From positions 32,001 to 96,000 of the IMG/VR virus record IMGVR_UViG_3300036715_001290: 64,000 nucleotides of DNA. One strand, written 5' to 3'. Of this stretch, positions 20,696-28,926 are shown piece after piece. Source of the DNA: a virus. The translations under genes were made by a program, and so were the position numbers. Position 1 is the stretch's first letter, and each line of letters begins with the position of its first letter. The notes below the pieces were generated by a model, which saw nothing but the letters and a program-made list of their open reading frames with translations, did no database searches and was not told the origin of the DNA.

Positions 20696-20960
20696 AAATG
20701 ATTGATTTATTAAATGAAATGCCTCATTTTATTTCACAAGGTAAAGGTATTGATTTAAGAATTGAAAAATATGATATATCGGATGAAGAAAAACGTAAGA
20801 TATTAATTGCATTTCAAAAAAATAATTTATATGGTTTTTCTGAAAAAACAATGTTTGGTATATTGTTAAACCTTTAGGTATGTTTAGAATTAATTCATCA
20901 AGAATACCACGTGGTGGTGTACAACTTCCTGATTATTGGGAAGCTTGGGTTCGTGTTTAA
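20692..20960 (+). pseudogene. Frameshift-interrupted gene, putative internal head protein
   Basis: ORF 20692-20877 starts MKMIDLLNE. The -1 frame is open 20844-20960 from an A6 run and reads NNVWYIVKPLGMFRINSSRIPRGGVQLPDYWEAWVRV. Confidence 0.55.
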
Positions 20961-20984
20961 TAAAAAATTAAAAGAAAATAAATA

Positions 20985-22139
20985 ATGTCAACAATATGGA
21001 CTGATACTTTAATTGATGTACCAAATAATACATCATTTGGATTTTATGATAATGATTCTGCTTTTGTTAATGATGCAAAAGCTAGCTCTAAATGGGTTGC
21101 AAGAAGATTAGGATATCCTATTTTGGATGTTGAATTAGACTGTACTATTTTATATTCTATATTTGAGGAATCTGTTAGTGAATATGGTAGATTAGTTAAT
21201 TCATATAACATTAGAGATAATATGTTAAGTGCATATGGGTCTCAAATAACAACAAGCAGTTTACAAGGTAAGAGAATAAAAAATCCACAAGGCCGATTAA
21301 TAACACTTTCAAATGAATATGGAAGTATGGTTGGTGTTGGTGGTGATGTAACATATTATTCCGGTTCATTAATTGCAAAAACAGGTCAACAAACATATGA
21401 TCTAAATCAATGGGCAACTGATAATGATATTAATTCAAATATTATAATAAAACAAATATTTAATAATCCTAAACCTGCATCAACACAATATTATGATCCT
21501 GAAAGTACATTATCTTCAGATTCAACAGGTATTGCGACATTTGGTGCATCTTATGGATATAACACCGCTTTAGGTGCAGGTACAATGTTTATGTTAAGAC
21601 CTGTTTTTGAAGATTTGTTAAGAATGCAAATGATTGAAATTGCTAATGATGTTCGTAAAAGTGGATATGGATTTACTTTAATAAACAATCAATTATCAAT
21701 ATTCCCAGTACCTTTGTATGATTTTAGACTTTGGTTTAGATATGTAAAAGCAAATGATGCTGAATCATTAGTTGATGAGTCGGTTGATAATCCAATTACG
21801 GATGCTTCAAATATTCCATTTAATAATTTAGTTTATTCATCAATAAATGATGGTGGTAAACAATGGATAAGAAATTACTTTTTAGCATTATCTAAAATAA
21901 CATTAGGTGGTTCAATTCGTGGTAAATATGCAAATATTCCAATATCAAATGAAAAAGAAATTCAATTTGGTAATACTTTACTTGAAGAAGGTAAAGATGA
22001 AAAGAAAACTCTTATTGATGAATTACGTGAAATGTTAGAAAAAAATACTAAACCTGAATTATTAAAAGCTAAAGTTGAAGAAGAGGAAGCATTAAATAAA
22101 ATATTAAAAGGATACCCAATGGGTATTTATATAGGTTAA
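20985..22139 (+). CDS. Neck/head-tail adaptor (gp13-like)
   Basis: RRLGYPILDVEL near the N-terminus; WIRNY.LALSK..LG..RGKY near the C-terminus. Confidence 0.8.
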   Translation: MSTIWTDTLIDVPNNTSFGFYDNDSAFVNDAKASSKWVARRLGYPILDVELDCTILYSIFEESVSEYGRLVNSYNIRDNMLSAYGSQITTSSLQGKRIKNPQGRLITLSNEYGSMVGVGGDVTYYSGSLIAKTGQQTYDLNQWATDNDINSNIIIKQIFNNPKPASTQYYDPESTLSSDSTGIATFGASYGYNTALGAGTMFMLRPVFEDLLRMQMIEIANDVRKSGYGFTLINNQLSIFPVPLYDFRLWFRYVKANDAESLVDESVDNPITDASNIPFNNLVYSSINDGGKQWIRNYFLALSKITLGGSIRGKYANIPISNEKEIQFGNTLLEEGKDEKKTLIDELREMLEKNTKPELLKAKVEEEEALNKILKGYPMGIYIG

Positions 22140-22141
22140 TA

Positions 22142-22594
22142 ATGTCACTATTCATACCACCAAGAGATTTTGAATTTTTCAAAGGTATTAATAAAGAATT
22201 GATAGGTAAAATAATTGATACTTATTTTACACTATATCAAGTAAATGTTGCTGTATCTGAAAATAATTTATATGGTGAAGATAAAAATAAAACATATTTC
22301 CCAGGTATAAAAATAAATGGTTTTATTAATAAACATGGTACTGATGCTGAAGAAACTGAATTGGGTACAAATGTAAAACAATTATTAGATTTAGGTGTAG
22401 CAATTGCTGATTTATTAGAACTTAAAGTATTACCTGAAGTTGGTGATATTGTAGAATGGAATAATAACTATTATGAAATTCATAATACAAATGAAAATCA
22501 CTTTATTGCAAATAGACCTGAATATAGTTACACTATGATGTTAAATTGTCACGTAACTAATGTTGGTTTTATCAATATAGGAACTCGTGAATAA
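22142..22594 (+). CDS. Neck/head-closure protein (gp14-like)
   Basis: NLYGED and PEVGDIV.W...YEI motifs; synteny. Confidence 0.7.
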   Translation: MSLFIPPRDFEFFKGINKELIGKIIDTYFTLYQVNVAVSENNLYGEDKNKTYFPGIKINGFINKHGTDAEETELGTNVKQLLDLGVAIADLLELKVLPEVGDIVEWNNNYYEIHNTNENHFIANRPEYSYTMMLNCHVTNVGFINIGTRE

Positions 22595-22602
22595 TTATAT
22601 AC

Positions 22603-22914
22603 ATGAAAACAACATTACGTGGTTGGATAACACCAACTGGACAATATTTAGAAGTTTTAAAGAATCATATAGATGATCTTAAAATTAAATTCCCAAAATT
22701 GGATGCTGAAAATGCAGTTGATTTTGGGTATGTACATATTGGTGTTGATGATCATGAATTATATTTAGAATTAATACCAGATATGCATAATAAGGTTATT
22801 AAGTTTTTCAAAAAAAATAATACAATGTTAAAGAATATAAAGTTTATAAACTTCCAATATTTTTCAAATATGAAGTATATTAAAACTAAAAGTATGAGTA
22901 TAGATGAATTATGA
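22603..22914 (+). CDS. Hypothetical protein
   Basis: GWITPTG...H motif; stop overlaps the next start. Confidence 0.55.
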   Translation: MKTTLRGWITPTGQYLEVLKNHIDDLKIKFPKLDAENAVDFGYVHIGVDDHELYLELIPDMHNKVIKFFKKNNTMLKNIKFINFQYFSNMKYIKTKSMSIDEL

Positions 22915-23624
22915 GTAATAGAATAGACCAAAAATTAACAGAAAAAGTACCTAATTACTCAATAACATTAGAAGATATTGATACTACTATTATAGAGTTT
23001 TTACAAAAAGTAATCAGACCTACATTTGAAGAAAACAATACTATAAACAATGTTCCTATTTTTATGGCATCACCTGAAAGATGGAAATCAATCCAACAAG
23101 ATGGTTTTATGCGAGATAAAAAAAATGGTAATATAATTTTACCTGCTATTGTAGTAAAACAAACATCAATATCTAAAAATCCAGATATCCAAGTTGATAG
23201 TATGGGTGGTTTATTACAAAAGATACGATTTTCAGTTATTAAAAAAACAAATAAATTTACACCTATATCAAAAAATGATAAAAGATTTGATAAAAAATAC
23301 GTGTATATTTATTTACCTGATTATGTTGATATTAATTATGAATTTATAATATGGACTGCTAAAGTTACTCATATGAATGCAATTTTAGAGAAATTTATAT
23401 TTTATGAGAAACGCTATTGGGGTGATGATAAAAATAAATTCTTAATGTCATATGATACTATGACAAATAATATAGAAATTAATAATGGTGATAACAGAAT
23501 CGTTAAAAATACATTTACAGGAACTGTAAAAGGTTACTTAATACCTAAAGAAATAAATAATCAATTAGCTATGAGTTTAGTCTCTAACGCTAAAGTTGTT
23601 ATAACCGCCGAAACCGAATTATGA
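22911..23624 (+). CDS. Tail terminator / sheath stabiliser (gp15-like)
   Basis: VPIF.ASPERW, ILPAI and PDYVDINYE.IIW...MN.I.E motifs; synteny. Confidence 0.65.
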   Translation: MSNRIDQKLTEKVPNYSITLEDIDTTIIEFLQKVIRPTFEENNTINNVPIFMASPERWKSIQQDGFMRDKKNGNIILPAIVVKQTSISKNPDIQVDSMGGLLQKIRFSVIKKTNKFTPISKNDKRFDKKYVYIYLPDYVDINYEFIIWTAKVTHMNAILEKFIFYEKRYWGDDKNKFLMSYDTMTNNIEINNGDNRIVKNTFTGTVKGYLIPKEINNQLAMSLVSNAKVVITAETEL

Positions 23625-23759
23625 AATAAGAGGTTATAACCTTAATAATACAACGGCCGTATATTTCATCGGTCGACCAATACAATGCCTTTAGACATCA
23701 TCCAAAGGACGGTTTACGGCATTATAATGTCATATTTTCAATATCAAGGAGTCAAAATA

Positions 23760-24062
23760 ATGAGCCTAATTAATAATAGCACAAAAAACACAGAAAACAC
23801 AGAATTAAAAGAAAATGAAGTTAAAGTTGCAACCGAAATGGTTGATGACATCAAATTCTTAATTAATTCTGGTTTACAATTAGAAACTGAGTGGAAAGAT
23901 GCAAAATTAAAAGAATACCATATTTCATTAGACATATCAAACATAGAAGAAAAGTTACTGGCATCATATAAACGTCGTGATTTACTAGCAGAACAATTAT
24001 CTAAACAATTTGGTAATGGTAACTTAAACTTAGAAACTGGAATTTATACAAAATCTATATAA
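23760..24062 (+). CDS. Small coiled-coil protein
   Basis: AAGGAG before ATG 23760 (more likely than the track start at 23685); ends ...FGNGNLNLETG. Confidence 0.6.
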   Translation: MSLINNSTKNTENTELKENEVKVATEMVDDIKFLINSGLQLETEWKDAKLKEYHISLDISNIEEKLLASYKRRDLLAEQLSKQFGNGNLNLETGIYTKSI

Positions 24063-24211
24063 TCTTTATTTTACTAAAAATACATTTTTTTATCTGGGAT
24101 TCTATTACAACCTAAATGTAACAAATAATTAAATTTGTAACAATTTTTACGGAGTCAACTCTGAGAAGTATAAAAGTCCAAAAATGTCCTTTTATACTAG
24201 AATAGAATTGT

Positions 24212-24243
24212 GGTTGCGATTCGCAACCGAGTCCTCCGGACTC
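24212..24243. other. Two adjacent GC-rich inverted repeats in an AT-rich intergenic region
   Basis: GGTTGCGA-T-TCGCAACC immediately followed by GAGTCC-TCC-GGACTC. Confidence 0.7.
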
Positions 24244-24332
24244 CCTGATAGAATATATATTTTTTTATATATAGCTTAATAATAAAGTGTAAATATATTT
24301 ACAGTATAATGATAATATCATACTATTAGATT

Positions 24333-24341
24333 ATATTTATA
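24333..24341 (+). promoter_or_regulatory. Putative phage promoter motif ATATTTAT(A), representative copy before the sheath gene
   Basis: The same motif occurs upstream of genes at 10188, 13226, 20111, 26759, 28611, 36202, 37572, 40459, 45844, 48557 and 50003. Confidence 0.6.
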
Positions 24342-24372
24342 ATAAAATTATTTAATTAAAGGAGGACTATAA

Positions 24373-26676
24373 ATGTCTGATAAACTAATGTCACCTGCTG
24401 TATTTACATCAGAGAATGATAAAACTTACTTACCTCAAGGTGTAGTTGATATTTCAACAGCATTTATAGGTACTACAAAATATGGTAAAGCATTTGTGCC
24501 AACCCAAGTTAAATCACCTCAAGAATTTGATAAATTATTCGCAGATGATAATATTTCATATACTGGTTATGCAGTAAAATCATATCTTAAAAATGCAGCT
24601 TCAGCCCTTGTTGTTAAAGTACTTGGTAATGAAACATCTTCATTAGCATGTTATACATTTGGTGGTGCCGCAAGTGCATCATTTGCTGCTACAAATCCTC
24701 AAGTTGTATTATTACCAACATATAATAGTTCAGCATCAGTAATGACAGGTTTATGTACTACATCATCAAATCAAACATGGGTTCTTACTTCAAGTGCAGG
24801 TAATGTAACCGTATCATTAGCAGATCCTACTTCACCAAATTACATTACAAAAGTATTTGGCCAATCACCTAATTCAAATTTTAACACACCACAAACAATA
24901 ACAGACCAATGGTATGTATATCAATTATACAATGTCGGTACTATAACAACAACTGGTAGTTTTAATTCAGGTACTTTAGGTATTAGTGCAGGATATACAA
25001 ATGCAACTACACCTTATATTACATCACAATTAAATAACGGTAATTCTATTCCATTATTTAAGTTCGGAACTATATTTGATGGTGATTCATCAAATACTTT
25101 AGTTAAAGTATCAATTTGTGATATTAAAAAACCAGCAAGTTCAACTGAATATGGTACATTTACTGTATTAGTACGTGATTTTACAGATACCGATCTTAAT
25201 CCAAATGTATTAGAATCCTTTACAGGTTGTACATTAGATCCTGAATCTATAAATTATGTTTGTGCTCGTATAGGTACACAAACTGAAACTATTAATAATG
25301 CAGGTAAAGTATTAATTGGCGGTGATTGGGAAAATAAATCTTCATATATTTATGTTATTCCTTCTCCACAATTAAAAGATGTACAAAATACAATTGTACC
25401 TTTTGGTCATTCTGCATATACATGGACTTTTATAAGTGGAAGTAACATGTCAAATGTACTTACATCAACATCTTCATTGTATACACAAATTCAAGGTACA
25501 TCTGATACATGGAATCCTCGTGTATATTTTGGTTTGAATTATAGTAATCCAGATGTTAACAATTTATCAGCTGCATTATTAACTAGTTCATTAGGTTCAA
25601 CCGTATATAATTTTAACTTAGATAACTATTCAGTTCATCCTAGTTCAAGTTATGCAACAGGTTCATTGTCAGGAAGTGGTGTTAATTCAGCATTCTTACA
25701 ATTTACAGTTGCATTCCAAGGTGGTTATGACGGTATGCCTTTTAATAGAGTTAGAAACACTGATGAAAATATTACTAGTGCAAATGCATTTGGTTATAAC
25801 TTAACTAATATGTCAAGCCCAGGTAGTACTCAATTCAAATTAGCATTGAATACTCTTCAAAATGCTGATGATTATGATATTAAAGAATATGTTCTCCCAG
25901 GTATTAATGACACAGATCATTTTGCTTTAACAACATATGCAAGAACAATATCATATTTAAGAGGTGGAGATTGTTTTGCTATAATTGACCCTTCAGGTTT
26001 ATCAGCATCTATAGATACTGCAATTGCAGCTACAACTTCAATTGATACAAACTATTCAGCAGGATATTATCCTTGGGTTAAAGTTATAGACCCATCAACA
26101 AGAAAACAACGTTGGTTACCAACCGCAGCTATTCTCCCAGGTGTGCTTGCATACAATGATAGAGTAGGTGGTGAATGGTGGGCACCAGCAGGTTATAATC
26201 GTGCAGGTATTGATAATGCTAAAGGTGTTAAAGATAGATTAACAAAAACAGACCGTGACGTATTATATAATAATAGATTAAATCCTATTATATATTCTAA
26301 AGGTAAGGTTGTTGTTTTTGGTCAAAAAACACAACAAAAGAAAGCATCACAATTAGATAGAATTAACATTAGACGTTTGCTTATAAAATTGAAAAAATTT
26401 GCAGCATCAACAAGTGTTTATTTAATGTTTGATCCTAACACAAAGGCTACGAGAGATTCATTCTTATCTATGGTTAATCCATTCTTAAGATCACTTGTTG
26501 AAAAACAAGGTTTATTTTCTTTCCAAGTTGTAATGGATGAAACAAACAATACACCTGATGTTATAGATAGAAATACTATCAAAGGTGCATTCTATATTAA
26601 ACCAACACCAGATTCTGAATATTTTGAGCTTGAGTTCAATATATTAGCAAATGGTGCTACATTTCCTAATCAATAA
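24373..26676 (+). CDS. Contractile tail sheath (gp18-like)
   Basis: SPAVFTSEND, AFIGTT.YG.AFVPT, YYPWVK, WWAPAG.NR, FGQKT, DRINIRRL, V.MDETNNTPDVIDRN. Confidence 0.95.
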   Translation: MSDKLMSPAVFTSENDKTYLPQGVVDISTAFIGTTKYGKAFVPTQVKSPQEFDKLFADDNISYTGYAVKSYLKNAASALVVKVLGNETSSLACYTFGGAASASFAATNPQVVLLPTYNSSASVMTGLCTTSSNQTWVLTSSAGNVTVSLADPTSPNYITKVFGQSPNSNFNTPQTITDQWYVYQLYNVGTITTTGSFNSGTLGISAGYTNATTPYITSQLNNGNSIPLFKFGTIFDGDSSNTLVKVSICDIKKPASSTEYGTFTVLVRDFTDTDLNPNVLESFTGCTLDPESINYVCARIGTQTETINNAGKVLIGGDWENKSSYIYVIPSPQLKDVQNTIVPFGHSAYTWTFISGSNMSNVLTSTSSLYTQIQGTSDTWNPRVYFGLNYSNPDVNNLSAALLTSSLGSTVYNFNLDNYSVHPSSSYATGSLSGSGVNSAFLQFTVAFQGGYDGMPFNRVRNTDENITSANAFGYNLTNMSSPGSTQFKLALNTLQNADDYDIKEYVLPGINDTDHFALTTYARTISYLRGGDCFAIIDPSGLSASIDTAIAATTSIDTNYSAGYYPWVKVIDPSTRKQRWLPTAAILPGVLAYNDRVGGEWWAPAGYNRAGIDNAKGVKDRLTKTDRDVLYNNRLNPIIYSKGKVVVFGQKTQQKKASQLDRINIRRLLIKLKKFAASTSVYLMFDPNTKATRDSFLSMVNPFLRSLVEKQGLFSFQVVMDETNNTPDVIDRNTIKGAFYIKPTPDSEYFELEFNILANGATFPNQ

Positions 26677-26699
26677 TTGAAAAAGATAAAATAAAAATG

Positions 26700-26741
26700 A
26701 TAAAATATGCTATAGTAAAAATATTATAGCATATTTTATTT
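26700..26741 (+). terminator. AT-rich hairpin / probable terminator after the sheath gene
   Basis: ATAAAATATGCTATA...TATAGCATATTTTAT inverted repeat. Confidence 0.65.
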
Positions 26742-26794
26742 ACTTTTTGTAATATCTTATATTTATAATAAAAAGAATATTAGGAGATAAATAA

Positions 26795-27286
26795 ATGGCA
26801 TTAGGAGTATCAATAGGCCAAGTAAATTTTCAAAATTACGAACCAAAAACTAAATTTCGTTTCATATTTTCGTTTGCTAATACTGGCATCCCTGAGTATA
26901 CTGTTAAAACAGGTGGTAGACCTAAGCTTAGTATGAGTGAGTATAAAGTAGACTATATTAATACTTATCGTTATTATGCAACAAAAGGAGAATGGGAACC
27001 TTTAGAAATAGTATTAATGGACCCTATTACACCAAGCGCAACCAGTGCGGTTATGGATTGGGTACGTTTATGTCAAGATTTTGAAGCTAAGATTGGTGGA
27101 TATAGTGATATTTATAAAAGAGATATTACATTATCAATGTTATCACCTGCTAATGAAGTAGTTGAAATTTGGACATTAACCGGTTGCTGGCCTAAAGCAA
27201 TGGACGGTGGTTCACTTGGATATGCAGATTTAGAAGGCGCTACAGTAGGTATTACATTACGTTTTGATAACGCAAAAACAGAATAA
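26795..27286 (+). CDS. Tail tube protein (gp19-like)
   Basis: EPK.KFRF, WEP..I.L.DPI.PS...AVMDW, YKRDI.L..L.P...VVE.W.L.GCWP. Confidence 0.9.
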   Translation: MALGVSIGQVNFQNYEPKTKFRFIFSFANTGIPEYTVKTGGRPKLSMSEYKVDYINTYRYYATKGEWEPLEIVLMDPITPSATSAVMDWVRLCQDFEAKIGGYSDIYKRDITLSMLSPANEVVEIWTLTGCWPKAMDGGSLGYADLEGATVGITLRFDNAKTE

Positions 27287-27290
27287 AAAT

Positions 27291-27498
27291 AAGATGCCTG
27301 CAAGTTTAAGCCCTTCGGGGGTCGCTTGTAGGCGTTCTTTTAATAAAATGGGTTCATGTTTAAGCTCTTAGGAGTTACATGTTCCCGATATTTAAGAAAC
27401 AGGCTGGATAAAACCATTCGGGGATCCCCGCCTTATAGAGTTTATGACTCTATGACATTGTCGAGGAACCAATAGTACTTAGGTGCTGGAGGTTCCCT
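27291..27498 (+). ncRNA. Putative structured RNA made of five consecutive hairpins
   Basis: GC-rich island; stems with G-U pairs on the + strand; cUUCGg loop and two cUUAGg loops. Confidence 0.6.
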
Positions 27499-27547
27499 AA
27501 CATGTTTAATTAGTTATTAATATACAAAAAATACAAAAGGAGTTATA

Positions 27548-28360
27548 ATGGCAGACACAATATTGCCTAATCCAACAAACACAGAGCAATCGGCATTTGA
27601 ATTAATAGATTTACCTTCAGGTGGATATTTTTATAAACCAGAATCACCTTTAGCTAGTGGTAAAATAAAATTAAGATACCCAACAACAAAACAAGAAGAT
27701 ATCTTATTATCTCAAAATTTATTACAACAAGGTATAGCTGTTGATGAATTTATTAAATCATTAATAATAGAATTGATTGATTATAATGAAATTTTATTAG
27801 CCGATGTACGCGGTTTAATGTATGCATCAAGAATTTTACTTTATGGTCCAAATTTTGATACTGAAATACAATGTCCATCATGTAAAAGAAAAACACCAAA
27901 ATCATTTGATTTATCATTAGTTGATTTCGTTGAAAAAGATTATGAAGGATTAGGTTTTCAACGTGGTGAGAATTTATTTTCATTTACAACATCAAATGGT
28001 ATTTCTATAAAATTTTCATTACCAACAAATGGTGATGAATTAAGAATTAAAGGATATGTAAATGCTATTGGTGGAGGTAGAAATAAAACAACTAATGAAT
28101 TATCACCATCCGTTAGATTATCATTTGCTATTAAAGAAATAATTGAACCTAATAGTAATGTTGTTATTAAAGGTCAACCTCAAATATATAAGTACTTAAC
28201 AAATACTTTTAGATCACAACAATCAAAAGAACTTCGTGATTATATTGAAAAAATATCACCTAACGTAAATATTAAAAGTACATTTGAATGTGATCATTGT
28301 ACGTATAGTGATGATAGGTTCTCAATACCTATAGACAAAAACTTTTTTTGGCCACAGTGA
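27548..28360 (+). CDS. Baseplate hub assembly / tail assembly chaperone (gp26-like)
   Basis: IDLPSGG.FY, T.KQEDIL, CPSC and CDHC Zn motifs, C-terminal FFWP. Confidence 0.8.
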   Translation: MADTILPNPTNTEQSAFELIDLPSGGYFYKPESPLASGKIKLRYPTTKQEDILLSQNLLQQGIAVDEFIKSLIIELIDYNEILLADVRGLMYASRILLYGPNFDTEIQCPSCKRKTPKSFDLSLVDFVEKDYEGLGFQRGENLFSFTTSNGISIKFSLPTNGDELRIKGYVNAIGGGRNKTTNELSPSVRLSFAIKEIIEPNSNVVIKGQPQIYKYLTNTFRSQQSKELRDYIEKISPNVNIKSTFECDHCTYSDDRFSIPIDKNFFWPQ

Positions 28361-28379
28361 GGGATATAAAGCCTCACTG

Positions 28380-28544
28380 ATGGACTTGATATTTACTCTT
28401 ATATATAATTCTAATGGTGGATTTACATTTAATGATGTATATAATATGCCAGTTTATATGAGAGATAATTTCCTTAGCCTTTTGAATAAACAAAAGGAAA
28501 AAGAAGAGGCAGCCATCGCCGCAGCTAAGGGAAAACAAAAATAA
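28380..28544 (+). CDS. gp51-like small ORF missing from the track (MDLIFTLIYNSNGGFTFNDVYNMPVYMRDNFLSLLNKQKEKEE...)
   Basis: F...D..NMP...R pattern. The frame is open from 28335, i.e. +1 relative to the upstream gene across a T7 run; no clear SD. Confidence 0.75.
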   Translation: MDLIFTLIYNSNGGFTFNDVYNMPVYMRDNFLSLLNKQKEKEEAAIAAAKGKQK

Positions 28545-28554
28545 TACTTAATTA

Positions 28555-28583
28555 AAAGGCCACTCAGAAATGTTGTGGCCTTT
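28555..28583 (+). terminator. Hairpin / probable terminator
   Basis: AAAGGCCAC...GTGGCCTTT. Confidence 0.7.
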
Positions 28584-28647
28584 AATGTTTAAGACAATTG
28601 TCAATTCATAATATTTATAAATAGACACATCAAACAAGGATATATAA

Positions 28648-28923
28648 ATGAAATTAACACAAGTTATACATAAAAGTCAATTAATAACTGAAGGATTATT
28701 GTCTAATTTTATTAGTAATCTTTTCTTTAAGGTTAATGGTAAAAGATTAGAAAAGGATTTAGCATCTTCCGATTTAGCATTGAAATATCCTGATGAAACT
28801 AAAAAGTTATTAGCATCAACAAAGAAATTACAAAGTGTTTTTGATACTTATAAAAATGAAATTGCAGCTGACCCAAAATTAGCAGAATTAGTAAGTAAGT
28901 TATCAAAAAAATGGGAAATATAA
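28648..28923 (+). CDS. Small protein before the tape measure gene, putative protease-processed virion protein
   Basis: MKLTQVIHKSQLITE-G N-terminus; AAGGA upstream. Confidence 0.55.
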   Translation: MKLTQVIHKSQLITEGLLSNFISNLFFKVNGKRLEKDLASSDLALKYPDETKKLLASTKKLQSVFDTYKNEIAADPKLAELVSKLSKKWEI

Positions 28924-28926
28924 TAA

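Noticed and set aside
27291-27498. tRNA or CRISPR interpretation of the hairpin array
   Set aside because: No cloverleaf, T-loop or CCA end, and no identical repeats separated by spacers.
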